64,000 nucleotides of DNA from an uncultured bacterium (GTDB lineage Bacteria > Patescibacteriota > Minisyncoccia > UBA6257 > 2-01-FULL-56-20): NCBI GenBank assembly GCA_963844965.1, contig CAWJQC010000006.1, positions 32,001 to 96,000 of the forward strand. The letters are read 5' to 3'. Made by a program: the position numbers and the translations under genes. The notes beneath the pieces were generated by a model. The model was given only the letters and a program-made list of their open reading frames with translations. It was not told where the DNA came from and did not search any database. Positions 31,348 through 40,809 of this stretch are shown here, in pieces. How positions within the stretch are numbered: the stretch's first letter is position 1; each line of letters starts with the position of its first letter.

Positions 31348-32366
31348 GATAACTTATGAGGACTTGGCGGGGTGAAATTGCATGTGCAGTTCACACTCCA
31401 GTTATCCCATGCCCGGGAATTGGCGGCAAGGGGACAAGCAGCGTTAATATTCGGGCTCGATTTTGTGGCGTCGGTGACACACTTTTTATACAGTGATGTA
31501 TTTACAACCTGACAATGGTAAACATGGTTTGTGCTGTCCCACTGAGCTGCGTGGTTAAAGGCGCTGGGACAGCCATCGCCGTTCACGTCATTTACGGTCA
31601 GGTTGATTTGGAACAGTCCCCACGAGAAAACACTGTTATCTTCCGCGCACTTATCCGACGTGCTCGGCGCCGTAGGATCGCCGCCACTTTCCTTGCTGGC
31701 AATGGAGGAAGCGTCATACGGACCATTACCGATACCGCCGAAACACGAACTGTTGAGGTTGTCTTGTGAAGCATCGCCGCTTGTAAGTGGCGCGCAATTT
31801 CCACTTGAATTGTTGCACGGACTGCCCGGATCGCAACTGCCCGGATAGCAATTTGAGGTTCCTCCGGCATTACTTTGACAATCTGCCTGGCTTGAGTAAT
31901 TAGCTACACACATATTTCCGGCGGCTGATACCTGACACAGTTGGTAAGATGTAGAGCCTCCGCTCGCCGTCGGCGCCGCCACCTGTACCGAAACACCAGG
32001 GAGCAGTAAATTCCAATTTGTCAGATTAGGATTGATGATGTTTAAAATCGTATAAGCTCCGACAAGGAGCAGGAGTCCGACTAATGCACCTTTCACCCAC
32101 TCTTTTCCTTCTGTTTGGCCAGTGGGGTTTCCGGCTGCCAGCGTGTATTTTATCCCGCCATAGACGATAGCTCCGAACGCCAGAATGCCGGCAAGCATCA
32201 TGGCAAATCTATAAAGATAGTCAACGAAGTTCCCCAGGCCGGAGCTGCCAGAAGGTTGACCGGGCAGATTTGTGTAGATAGTGACCTGCGCCCGCGCCAC
32301 CGCGGCGTAAAATAAACAGAAGGAAGCAAAGACCAGTGGACGTAATTTTTTAAACAAGGTTTTCAT
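31341..32366 (-). CDS. T4SS-pilin-like N-terminal domain fused to a Cys-rich lytic-transglycosylase-like (VirB1/SLT-like) domain (341 aa)
   Basis: Pilin-like 'FGAIVYGGIKYTLAAGNPTGQTEGKEWVKGALVGLLLLVGAY'. The C-terminal 'SKESGGDP...SVFSWGLFQIN' matches the SLT catalytic E-S ... GLxQ(I) pattern, with many Cys. Confidence 0.55.
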   Translation of the reverse strand: MKTLFKKLRPLVFASFCLFYAAVARAQVTIYTNLPGQPSGSSGLGNFVDYLYRFAMMLAGILAFGAIVYGGIKYTLAAGNPTGQTEGKEWVKGALVGLLLLVGAYTILNIINPNLTNWNLLLPGVSVQVAAPTASGGSTSYQLCQVSAAGNMCVANYSSQADCQSNAGGTSNCYPGSCDPGSPCNNSSGNCAPLTSGDASQDNLNSSCFGGIGNGPYDASSIASKESGGDPTAPSTSDKCAEDNSVFSWGLFQINLTVNDVNGDGCPSAFNHAAQWDSTNHVYHCQVVNTSLYKKCVTDATKSSPNINAACPLAANSRAWDNWSVNCTCNFTPPSPHKLSC

Positions 32367-32842
32367 TATCCCGAAACAGTGCAGTTAAACGGACCGCCGA
32401 ACCCCTGGATGAAACTTGAAAGGCTGAAAAAGTCCACGAACAATTTCACGATGACAAAGGCGAATATGACTATAAGCAAGCCGATTAAAGCGCCGGTCAG
32501 AATTTTTTTCGCGTTCTCGCGTCGAGCCGGACTGCCGCCGGAGGTAAGATACGTGATGCCGCCCCAAGCAAAGAGAATCGGCGTGAAAACGAAAAGTACG
32601 AGCGTTATGCCGAAATAAATTATGTTCACCATGGTCTGGATAATGTCGCAGACGCTCGTGCAGTATTTTTTCGCGGCTGCCTGTCCGCTGTAAATGCCCG
32701 TGCAGGACACAAGCCCGCCGGTGCCCCAATAACCACCGGGAAATATAGATGGCGTCTGAAGCACGTCGGCGGAAGCCACCAGCGGCGCGGCGAGAACGAT
32801 GACAAAAAACGAAACACAAGAGATTAGTAATAGTCTGCGCAT
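32366..32842 (-). CDS. T4SS-pilin-like protein F (158 aa)
   Basis: 'FTPILFAWGGITYLTSGGSPARRENAKKILTGALIGLLIVIFAFVIV'. Confidence 0.6.
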   Translation of the reverse strand: MRRLLLISCVSFFVIVLAAPLVASADVLQTPSIFPGGYWGTGGLVSCTGIYSGQAAAKKYCTSVCDIIQTMVNIIYFGITLVLFVFTPILFAWGGITYLTSGGSPARRENAKKILTGALIGLLIVIFAFVIVKLFVDFFSLSSFIQGFGGPFNCTVSG

Positions 32843-32894
32843 AATCGGAGAATTAATCTTTAACTTTTCATTTTTTACCTTTTATTTATTCCAG

Positions 32895-34217
32895 TTATTT
32901 CGTCGCGTGCATCAGCGCGGTTACCTGGTCCTGCGCCTGGCTCAGGGCGTGCCACGAATCAAGCTTCCCGACAAGGACGCTCTCTATCGCGCCGTTCATA
33001 ATGCCGTCTATCGCTTCGTCGTCCGCTTCGTACCACGAACGCGCGGTCAGGGCCTGCTTCGCAAAAATTCCCAGGGTCGGATCGTTTTCGTACGAAGCGA
33101 TAGAACTGCGAAGCGCCGGCGGTTCACCGGTGTCGTCCAAATAAGCCTTCGCGGCGTTGGCGTTCGTGGTCGCGTAGATCACAAAATCCCAAGCCCAGCC
33201 CGAAACCTTGGATTGTTTGGAAACCGCGAGTCCCGTGTACCGAGGGAAATTAACGGCCACATTCGCCCCCGTGGGTTGGGGCATGGGAGCAACGGCGAAA
33301 TTCAGGAACGGGCTGCGTCTTTTTATGTCCAACACAGCGCTCATGTAGTCAAAGATCATCGCGGTTTTCCCGTTCACAAAACTGTCAACAGAATTCTGCT
33401 GACTGTCGTTCCATGTGTAATAAGGAGAAGCGACGTTCGCGAATTGCAGGTAAAAGTTAAAAGCGGAAACGCCGGGATCGGTCCCGTCCTCTCTCGCGGA
33501 GGCGAAGGTCGCCCCATAATTGTCCGGAGTGGTCATGCCGGCGCCGTTTTGCATTATCAAAAGCTCCAATATGTCTGTCGCGGCATCCACGCTTTGCTCC
33601 GAACCGCCGATCGCCGCGGCGGCACGCGTAAGCTGCCGGCTTGAACCGACCGTGCGCAACTGCGGCACGATTTTCAAAAAGTCATCCCAGGTCGCCGGCG
33701 GATAAACAATGCCGGCATTGTCAAAATAACTTTTGTTGTAAATCAAGGCAAGCGTATCCAAATAAAAGGGCAGGGCGTAAACCTGACTGCCGGACGCCGA
33801 CGCAAAATCCTGCTCTATCGTGTATGGAAAAAGATTGCGCAACTTCACTATGTCAAATTGGCTCACGGGCGCGGGAAACAGTTTATCTTCCTGCTGCGGC
33901 AGTTCGTGGTTGGTAATTTCCAAAACATCCGGTCCTGTTCCGGCGGCAAGCGCGTTCAAAAGCGAAGTTCTATAGTCCGCGGCGTTGAGCTGCGTGTAAT
34001 CTATCGTCGCGCCGGGACGAAGAACTTTATAACCCTCAATAATCTTGTTGAAAATTCCCCTGCTTTCCGTCCCCCATACCGTCAGCTTGAAATCGGTGCT
34101 TATTATGGTCGGGCGCGAATACTTAACGACAAGAACCACGAGCGTTACCGCGATAGCGACGCCGACGACCGTTATAAAGATTTGATTTCGGGAAAGTTTC
34201 ATCAAAAAAATTTTCAA
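32895..34217 (-). CDS. ABC transporter substrate-binding protein (family 1, sugar-type), membrane-anchored
   Basis: N-terminal anchor followed by a MalE-like fold pattern. No permease or ATPase gene is adjacent. Confidence 0.7.
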   Translation of the reverse strand: MKIFLMKLSRNQIFITVVGVAIAVTLVVLVVKYSRPTIISTDFKLTVWGTESRGIFNKIIEGYKVLRPGATIDYTQLNAADYRTSLLNALAAGTGPDVLEITNHELPQQEDKLFPAPVSQFDIVKLRNLFPYTIEQDFASASGSQVYALPFYLDTLALIYNKSYFDNAGIVYPPATWDDFLKIVPQLRTVGSSRQLTRAAAAIGGSEQSVDAATDILELLIMQNGAGMTTPDNYGATFASAREDGTDPGVSAFNFYLQFANVASPYYTWNDSQQNSVDSFVNGKTAMIFDYMSAVLDIKRRSPFLNFAVAPMPQPTGANVAVNFPRYTGLAVSKQSKVSGWAWDFVIYATTNANAAKAYLDDTGEPPALRSSIASYENDPTLGIFAKQALTARSWYEADDEAIDGIMNGAIESVLVGKLDSWHALSQAQDQVTALMHATK

Positions 34218-34300
34218 TTTCTAATTTTCAATTTTCAATGCTTGAAAATATGGTGCTCGAAATTGTTTGAAAATTGTAAAATTGAAAATTAAAAATTTGA
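34200..34300. repeat. Inverted-repeat hairpin of TTTTCAATTTTCAAT units (downstream of gyrA)
   Basis: aaattttcaatttctaattttcaattttcaat...attgtaaaattgaaaattaaaaattt. Confidence 0.7.
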
Positions 34301-34301
34301 G

Positions 34302-36746
34302 TTATATAATCACTGTTCCCGCCAAACGATCGCCGGCCTTGAGATTCATGATCTTCACTCCTTGCGCCGCGCGGCCGGTAACGCGCACGCTCTCCAGGCT
34401 CGTTCTTATCATCTGGCCTTTTGCCGAGAGAGCGAAAATTTCTTTTTCTTCGCCCGTGACATGCGCCGAAACCAAGGAACCGGTTTTTGGCGTGATCTTC
34501 GCCGTCTTTATACCCGAACCGCCGCGACGCTGGATCTTGTATTCCTTGAGTCCGGTCTGCTTCGCGAAGCCGTTCTCCATGACGACGAGCAGCCTCAAAT
34601 CCTTTATCTTGTCGCCCAATTCCTCAACTTTAATTATATCAAACCCCGCGACAGCGTCTCCTTTTCTCAATCTGACGGCGCGGACGCCGGCCGCGGTCCT
34701 ACCCATCTCGCGCACGTCGCGTTCGTTGAATCTGATAGATTGGCCTAGTTTTGTGGTTAGGATTACCTGGTCTTTGCCGCCCGAGAGGCGCACCCATTTC
34801 AGGGAATCGCCTTTCTTGAGGGCAATAGCGATGATCCCCGTCCGGCGGATATTTTCAAAATCTTCAAGCAACGTCTTCTTTATCAGGCCGTCCTTCGTCG
34901 CCATCACCAAAAAATTCTTCTCCTTGCCTCTGGTCTTTTTCTCCGAATAGCTTATGAGAGCGCTGATATTCTCGTCCGTGGGGATCTCCAGGAAATTATG
35001 GACCGCCCTTCCCTTGGAAGTGCGGCTCGCGACCGGAATTTCGTGCACTTTTGTCTGAAAAACGCGGCCGCGATCCGTAAAGAAAAGCAGATTGTCGTGC
35101 GTATTCGCGCCGAAGAAATGGAGCAGGAAATCCTCTTCGGCGACCTCCGAACCGATCAGCCCCTTTCCGCCACGGCGCTGCGCGCGGAAGGTGTTCGGCG
35201 GCAGTCGCTTGATATAGCCGCCGGCGGAAAAAGTAACTATCACGTCCTCTTCCGGAATTAAATCTTCAACGCTCATGGCTTTGAGCGGAGTCCGCACGAC
35301 TTGGGTGCGCCTGTCGTCGCCGAATTTATTTTTCAAATCCGCTACTTCGTCCTTGATAATTTTCAATATCCGCGCCGGGCTTTTCAAAATCAAATTCAAA
35401 TCTTTTATCAATTCGCGTTTCTCTTTGAGCTCAGCTTCAATCCTGTGGCGCTCTAACGCCGCCAAACTTTGCAATTTCATCTCCAGGATCGCCGTCGCCT
35501 GGATGTCGGATAATTTGAAAATTTTGACCAGATTTCGGTGGGCGTCGTCGCGGTCTTTGGACTTTTTGATAGTCGCTATCACGCGGTCAATGGAGTCGAG
35601 CGCCTTGACCAGTCCTTCCAAAATGTGTGCCCGTTCCTCCGCTCTCTTCAAATCAAACTGCGTCCGTCTGCGGACAATCTGTTTCCTGTAATCCACGTAA
35701 GCCACGACCAAATCTTTAACAGAGAGAAGCTGCGGTTCTATGCCGTTCACGAGAGCGATGACGTTCAGGTGAAAATCTTTCTGCAGATCGGTGTGCTGGT
35801 AAAGCTGGTTCAAAATTTTCTGAGGCGGAACGTCGGACTTAAGCTCAATCACGATGCGCAATCCTTCCCTGTCCGACTCGTCTCGGATATCGCGTATGCC
35901 CTCTATCTTCTTGGCTTCGGCGAACCCCGCGATTTGCTGGATAAGCTCCGATTTGTTGACCTGATAGGGAATTTCCGTGACGACGATATCAAAGTTGCGG
36001 TTCTTCCTCTCAACTATTTCCGCCCGAGCCCGCGTCGTAATTCCTCCTTTGCCCGAAATGTATGCCTGTTTTATGGCTTTCTCGTCGTAAATTATTCCGC
36101 CGGTCGGAAAATCCGGACCTTTGATAAATTCCATTATGTCCTCACTTGAAGCGTCCGGATTGTCGGCAACATGAAGAATGGCGTCGGAAACTTCGCGGAG
36201 ATTGTGCGGGGGGATGTTAGTAGTCATGCCGACGGCTATTCCAACGCTGCCGTTCAGAAGTAAATTTGGAAGTTTAGCGGGCAAAACTTTCGGCTCCTGC
36301 CGCGTTCCGTCATAATTCGGTACCCAGTCAACTGTTTCCTTTTCAATATCCAAAAGCACTTCTTCGGAGATCCTTGAAAGCCTGGACTCCGTATAGCGGT
36401 AGGCAGCCGGAGGATCGCCATCAATTGAACCGAAATTACCCTGCCCCGTGATGAGCGGATAACGCAAAGAAAAATCCTGCGCCATGCGCACTAGGGCATC
36501 GTAAACCGACAGGTCGCCATGCGGGTGATAACGGCCGAGAACGTCGCCAACCACGGTAGCAGATTTCCTATATTTCGCGAGATGGGTGAGGCCGCTGGAC
36601 CACATGGACCACAAAATGCGGCGATGCACCGGCTTCAGGCCGTCCCGCACGTCGGGCAAGGCGCGCGCGACTATAACCGACATCGCGTAGTCAAGATATG
36701 ACTCCCTAAGCTCTTTTGTTATTTCACGAGGCTCGATGTTTAACAT
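34302..36746 (-). CDS. gyrA: DNA gyrase subunit A
   Basis: '[19 protein letters not shown]' and '[29 protein letters not shown]' with catalytic Tyr 'AAYRYTE'. The C-terminal beta-pinwheel repeats are present. Confidence 0.95.
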   Translation of the reverse strand: MLNIEPREITKELRESYLDYAMSVIVARALPDVRDGLKPVHRRILWSMWSSGLTHLAKYRKSATVVGDVLGRYHPHGDLSVYDALVRMAQDFSLRYPLITGQGNFGSIDGDPPAAYRYTESRLSRISEEVLLDIEKETVDWVPNYDGTRQEPKVLPAKLPNLLLNGSVGIAVGMTTNIPPHNLREVSDAILHVADNPDASSEDIMEFIKGPDFPTGGIIYDEKAIKQAYISGKGGITTRARAEIVERKNRNFDIVVTEIPYQVNKSELIQQIAGFAEAKKIEGIRDIRDESDREGLRIVIELKSDVPPQKILNQLYQHTDLQKDFHLNVIALVNGIEPQLLSVKDLVVAYVDYRKQIVRRRTQFDLKRAEERAHILEGLVKALDSIDRVIATIKKSKDRDDAHRNLVKIFKLSDIQATAILEMKLQSLAALERHRIEAELKEKRELIKDLNLILKSPARILKIIKDEVADLKNKFGDDRRTQVVRTPLKAMSVEDLIPEEDVIVTFSAGGYIKRLPPNTFRAQRRGGKGLIGSEVAEEDFLLHFFGANTHDNLLFFTDRGRVFQTKVHEIPVASRTSKGRAVHNFLEIPTDENISALISYSEKKTRGKEKNFLVMATKDGLIKKTLLEDFENIRRTGIIAIALKKGDSLKWVRLSGGKDQVILTTKLGQSIRFNERDVREMGRTAAGVRAVRLRKGDAVAGFDIIKVEELGDKIKDLRLLVVMENGFAKQTGLKEYKIQRRGGSGIKTAKITPKTGSLVSAHVTGEEKEIFALSAKGQMIRTSLESVRVTGRAAQGVKIMNLKAGDRLAGTVII

Positions 36747-36749
36747 AAG

Positions 36750-36842
36750 TAAGCAATTCTACGATTTTTAATTTTCAATTTTCAATAAAAATTCATCTAC
36801 TGAAAATTGCAAAATTGAGAATTGAAAATTTTATTGCGGCGG
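36750..36842. repeat. Inverted-repeat hairpin of the same TTTTCAATTTTCAAT family (upstream of gyrA)
   Basis: gatttttaattttcaattttcaataaaaattcatctactgaaaattgcaaaattgagaattgaaaatttt. Confidence 0.7.
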
Positions 36843-37241
36843 TTTAATAATGTATTCCCTCGGCGCGTTCAGGATATCACCTAAGGCGCGGAGTTTTCCC
36901 GCGAAAACTTCGTAAAGATTGGCCACGGAACTTTTCAGTGTTTGCCAAAAAGACGCGCCGCCCGGAGAAGCCGCTGAATTCTTTTCCGGCAAAACCTGCC
37001 CAGCCTGCCCCGAATTTTCCTGAGACGAACCGGTCTGCGGTAAGCCGACGGAATCGGTTGGAGGCGCTTGCTCTGAGCTGGCCAAGGGTGGAGCTGACTG
37101 CTGGGAGAAAGCGGCAATGAGATTATTGAAATATGCGAGCCAAACGTATATCACCACAACCATAAGAACGGCGGTTATGACCACAAGCCAGCGCCGTTTT
37201 GCCGGTTCCGAAGCGGATTGAAGTTTTTCCAAAAAATTCAT
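36831..37241 (-). CDS. Hypothetical membrane protein (136 aa)
   Basis: One TM helix 'WLVVITAVLMVVVIYVWLAYF'. Confidence 0.45.
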   Translation of the reverse strand: MNFLEKLQSASEPAKRRWLVVITAVLMVVVIYVWLAYFNNLIAAFSQQSAPPLASSEQAPPTDSVGLPQTGSSQENSGQAGQVLPEKNSAASPGGASFWQTLKSSVANLYEVFAGKLRALGDILNAPREYIIKPPQ

Positions 37242-37253
37242 GAGTGTTATGGT

Positions 37254-37829
37254 TTATGCCCTTAACATCACGACCTTGTCTTTCGTTTCTTCCAAATCCT
37301 TTTTCTTGAAAACCAATTTCTCCACTTCCTCTCCCTTTTGGCCCATCGCTTTCAGAAATTCCGCCGGGTTTTTATAGAAGGTCGGGATGATAAAGCTTGG
37401 TTCAAGCTGTTTCGCGATTTTCGCGGCAACCGCGGCTTCCAGAAAATGCCCGCCGCCGACTGGAAGAATAAGCACATCGGGCTCATCAAGCTTGTCAATG
37501 ATTTCCGCAGAAAGCGGCCGTGAAACGTGGCCAAGCAGGGCAATTTTTATTTCTTCCCAATTCACGAGGTAAACGGTCTTTATAAATTTTTCGGTGGATT
37601 CTTCCAGAACGGGAATCCCCAAAACCTCGATCCCTTTCACCTCGTATTCGCCCGAGAAAGAGATATCGTTTTGCTCCGCAGGATCCTTTTGCGCGCCCAA
37701 AAGCTCCGCAGAGGCCAAAGTACGCAAAATCAAATCCGCCTTGAAACGCGCGTTTTCTGGGTTCACGAGAAGCGACATTTCCCCGCTCTGCAATTTGAAC
37801 GAACCGTTGCCTAAGTAGTTGATGACCAT
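37254..37829 (-). CDS. Metallo-beta-lactamase-fold hydrolase (UPF0173-like)
   Basis: 'MVINYLGNGSFKL' plus Asp/His-rich patterns typical of MBL-fold proteins. Confidence 0.6.
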   Translation of the reverse strand: MVINYLGNGSFKLQSGEMSLLVNPENARFKADLILRTLASAELLGAQKDPAEQNDISFSGEYEVKGIEVLGIPVLEESTEKFIKTVYLVNWEEIKIALLGHVSRPLSAEIIDKLDEPDVLILPVGGGHFLEAAVAAKIAKQLEPSFIIPTFYKNPAEFLKAMGQKGEEVEKLVFKKKDLEETKDKVVMLRA

Positions 37830-37971
37830 GCCATTACTGATAAATTTTAACAGAAATTTGCCGGAATTGCCAGTGCAGAAAAACCATTATTTGACCTCGC
37901 GCGACTCGATGTGGTAGCTTGGGGATAGTTCAATTAACACTAAGTCCCTGATTCGTCTGAAGGAGATTGCG

Positions 37972-38685
37972 ATGGATAAACCCTGCACATTCTGCGACAG
38001 GACACAATTTGAGGAACGGCTTATATACGAAAGCGATAATTTTAATATCATAGCCACGCTGGGACAGATAACCGACGGCGGCTACGTCCTGCTATCTCCA
38101 AAAGCCCATATTCTCTGTTGCGGCGCGTTTGGCAAAATCATTACTAGCGAATCGCTGTTTCTTGCCAAACGCATTTGCCGCGCACTAATCGCGGAATATA
38201 AACTATGCCGGACCAGAAAAACATTATGGCCAGTTATAATGTTCGAACACGGTATCGTAGGCCAGACAATAAAGCATGGCCACATGCATTTTATTCCGGC
38301 GATGATGGATCTTTCCAAAAAAATAAGGGCTGATTTCCCCGCGGCAGAGATTGACACCCTACAATACGCAGCGCACCTTCAGAAACTGTATTCCGAAAAT
38401 CCCGAACCATATCTCTTCTGGACAAACAAAGATGGGCGCGAAAACGTATGCTGGAATCCTCCGGCGCCGCCGCAATATCTGCGCATTCTTGCCGCGAAAG
38501 AACTCGGCCACCCAGAACGCGCCAACTGGCGCACCATGGACCAGGAACTTGACCGCAAACTGTGGCAAGAAACAGTACACCGTTTAAAACCTTATTTCAT
38601 CCGAAGCCCGAAGGGGCTTCATTTTATATTTAATCACAATTTGCCTATTTCTAACGTAATTCGTATAATCGTATTCATAACTTAA
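37972..38685 (+). CDS. HIT-family (histidine triad) protein
   Basis: 'CTFCDR' N-terminus and HxHxHxx 'HGHMHFIP'. Confidence 0.6.
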   Translation: MDKPCTFCDRTQFEERLIYESDNFNIIATLGQITDGGYVLLSPKAHILCCGAFGKIITSESLFLAKRICRALIAEYKLCRTRKTLWPVIMFEHGIVGQTIKHGHMHFIPAMMDLSKKIRADFPAAEIDTLQYAAHLQKLYSENPEPYLFWTNKDGRENVCWNPPAPPQYLRILAAKELGHPERANWRTMDQELDRKLWQETVHRLKPYFIRSPKGLHFIFNHNLPISNVIRIIVFIT

Positions 38686-39792
38686 ATGGCAGACGTAGCG
38701 GAACCAAACAACAAAACGCAGGGAACCATAACCCAGGCCATCAAAAACGAACTTCAGTCGGCCGACTGGCCGAAGGAGGGGATGGTTGTGGAGGCATTAC
38801 TAATCAAGAAACTGCCGCGGCGGGCGTATTTTGATCTGGGTCGCTTCGGCACGGGAATCGTCTACGGCGCTGAAACGCTGAATGCAAAAGAAATTATCCG
38901 CGGACTAAAGACCGGAGACAAACTGCCCGCGAAAATAATCAACATGGACGGAGAGGAAGGATATGTGGAGCTTTCCCTGGCGGAAGCCGGAAAACAAAAA
39001 TTGTGGCAGCAAATAAAGGAACTCGCGGAAGCCGGCGAAGTTGTAAAAGCGAAGATTCAGGGCGCGAACGCCGGCGGTCTCATAGCGACGATCGCCGACA
39101 TAGAACTTCAGACGTTCCTGCCCGTATCCCAGCTTTCGCTTGACCACTACCCGCGCGTGACCGACGCCGACCGCCAGAAGATCGCCGAGGAACTGAAGAA
39201 ATTCATCGGCCAGGAATTGAATGTGAAGATTATTGACGTCAACCCGCGTTCCAACAAAATCATCATCTCCGAGCGCGAGGTTCTCTCCGCGAACGTGAAG
39301 GAACTTCTTTCCAAATACGCAATCGGCCAGATCGTGGACGGCCTCGTCTCGGGCATTGCCGATTTTGGAGTATTCGTTCGCTTCGTGGACAATCCGGAAA
39401 TTGAAGGAATGATCCATATCTCCGAACTTGACCACCGGCTGGTTGACAGCCCGAAGGAGATAGTGAAAATAAACGACCAGCTGAAGGTTAAGATCGTGGA
39501 TATCAAAGAAGGCCGCGTTTTCCTTTCGCTCAAGGCGCTCAAGTCCGACCCCTGGGATAAGGTAAGCGAAATCTACAAAGCCGGCCAGGATATTTCGGGA
39601 AAACTTTACAAACTGAATCCCTTCGGCGCCGTAATCAATCTGGACGGTGGCCTGCAGGGCCTTATCCACGTTTCCGAATTCGGCGGCCAGGATGAAATGA
39701 AAGCCGCGCTCGCGCCCGACGTCTCACATAAATTCATGATTGATTCCATAAAGCCGGAAGAAAAAAGAATAATCCTGAAGGTGAAGAAATAA
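38686..39792 (+). CDS. rpsA: 30S ribosomal protein S1-like (four S1 domains)
   Basis: Repeated 'G.V..I...G.FV....G..G..H.SE' S1 folds. Confidence 0.7.
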   Translation: MADVAEPNNKTQGTITQAIKNELQSADWPKEGMVVEALLIKKLPRRAYFDLGRFGTGIVYGAETLNAKEIIRGLKTGDKLPAKIINMDGEEGYVELSLAEAGKQKLWQQIKELAEAGEVVKAKIQGANAGGLIATIADIELQTFLPVSQLSLDHYPRVTDADRQKIAEELKKFIGQELNVKIIDVNPRSNKIIISEREVLSANVKELLSKYAIGQIVDGLVSGIADFGVFVRFVDNPEIEGMIHISELDHRLVDSPKEIVKINDQLKVKIVDIKEGRVFLSLKALKSDPWDKVSEIYKAGQDISGKLYKLNPFGAVINLDGGLQGLIHVSEFGGQDEMKAALAPDVSHKFMIDSIKPEEKRIILKVKK

Positions 39793-39802
39793 AAAAGGAG
39801 GG

Positions 39803-40039
39803 CTAATGGACGCCCTCGCCTTTTGTTACTATTCGCCTATTACCCCGCTTCTCAAGATGCCAATGATGGCCTGCCTCGCATTCGTAATCCTCAATTGGAC
39901 ACAGACAACCTCTTATCGCTTTGCGCCCGCAACCGGGTTCGGGACAAAGATAATAACTCTTCTTCTTGCTCCATGGCATCAATCTCTCGCCATACTTGTA
40001 TGGAACTCGGCCCTTTGTAACCTTGTCAATCCATCTCAT
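39803..40039 (-). CDS. Small Cys-rich hypothetical protein (78 aa)
   Basis: 'CPEPGCGRKAIRGCLCPIEDYEC'. Confidence 0.35.
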   Translation of the reverse strand: MRWIDKVTKGRVPYKYGERLMPWSKKKSYYLCPEPGCGRKAIRGCLCPIEDYECEAGHHWHLEKRGNRRIVTKGEGVH

Positions 40040-40155
40040 CCAAGCACCTCGCTAAAGGTTTCTGGTATTTAGTATAAACCAACGGCGGCAAAAATAAAAG
40101 CGGCGCTTTACTTTTTCCCAAAATTTTATATTCTATATTCTGTATCCTGCCTTAT

Positions 40156-40230
40156 GCCTGGGTAGCTCAGTGGTAGAGCGCAGCCCCGAAGAGGCTGGCG
40201 TCCGGTGTTCGATTCACCGCCCAGGCACCA
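40156..40230 (+). tRNA. tRNA-Phe (GAA), CCA encoded
   Basis: GCCTGGG acceptor. D-arm TAGCTCAGTGGTAGAGC. Anticodon stem CAGCC/GGCTG with loop CCGAAGA. T-arm CGGTG-TTCGATT-CACCG. Confidence 0.8.
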
Positions 40231-40232
40231 AA

Positions 40233-40260
40233 AGAAAAACCCACGTTTAGTGGGTTTTTC
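40233..40260 (+). terminator. Terminator hairpin after tRNA-Phe
   Basis: aaaaacccacgtttagtgggttttt. Confidence 0.6.
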
Positions 40261-40261
40261 T

Positions 40262-40370
40262 TTTGTTCGGTCGGGCTGCCCGGATTCGAACTGGGACTAA
40301 ATTTTACCCCGTAGCATCCGGCTTTAGTCGGATTGCTTCGGGGCCTCCCACCCCGCACTAAAAATTTACA
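40262..40370. other. tRNA-like or tmRNA-like fragment carrying hairpin element copy 1 (40307..40343)
   Basis: 'GGGCTGCCCGGATTCGAACTGGG' resembles a tmRNA 5' 'GGGGCUG..GGAUUCGAC' motif. It equally resembles the reverse complement of a T-arm plus 3' acceptor. No complete cloverleaf is found on either strand. It is followed by 'ccccgtagcatccggctttagtcggattgcttcgggg'. Confidence 0.3.
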
Positions 40371-40371
40371 T

Positions 40372-40442
40372 TCGGACTGCTGGGAGTCGAACCCAGGCCG
40401 CGTGCTCCCAAAGCACGTATACTACCGCTATACGACAGTCCG
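40372..40442 (-). tRNA. tRNA-Pro (TGG)
   Basis: Acceptor CGGACTG/CAGTCCG. Anticodon stem CGTGC/GCACG with loop TTTGGGA (U33, G37). T-arm CTGGG-TTCGACT-CCCAG. Confidence 0.8.
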
Positions 40443-40628
40443 ATAAATTTTAATCGCTTAGCTCATAAAATCGGTTCATTCGGAGAAAATGAAAACCGAA
40501 TTTTCATTTTCTCCTCACTGCCAATTTTAGTATGGGGCAAGAAGGACTCGTGCTAGCCGTTACACTACAGCCCGTCTCGCGCCCCTTTAACTTATTCGAT
40601 TTTTGATTTAAAATCAATGCGAGCTTCT

Positions 40629-40656
40629 GCCCCTATAGCTCAATATGGATAGACCT
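40629..40656 (+). other. Partial degenerate copy of the tRNA-Arg 5' half
   Basis: 'gcccctatagctcaatatggatagacc' compared with the tRNA-Arg 5' half 'gccctcgtagttcaatggatagaactcc'. Confidence 0.45.
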
Positions 40657-40702
40657 ATCTGCCGGCAGGCGGGGTAGCGCTCTTCCCAGCCCACCATAAT
40701 TT

Positions 40703-40774
40703 GCCCTCGTAGTTCAATGGATAGAACTCCGGACTTCTAAGCCGGATATGGGGGTTCGATTCCTCCCGAGGGCG
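40703..40774 (+). tRNA. tRNA-Arg (TCT)
   Basis: Acceptor GCCCTCG/CGAGGGC. D-stem GTTC/GAAC. Anticodon loop CTTCTAA. T-arm GGGGG-TTCGATT-CCTCC. Confidence 0.75.
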
Positions 40775-40809
40775 CGAAAACAGATATCGACTTTTTCGCA
40801 AAATTAGGT

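Noticed and set aside
40262-40700. Possibility that the tmRNA lies here (GGGCUG..GGAUUCGAAC motif, CCACCA at 40691)
   Set aside because: A canonical tRNA-Pro on the opposite strand sits in the middle. No tag ORF or 3' T-arm fits. A complete tmRNA with G3-U70, resume codon and tag is at 46471-46787, closer to smpB.
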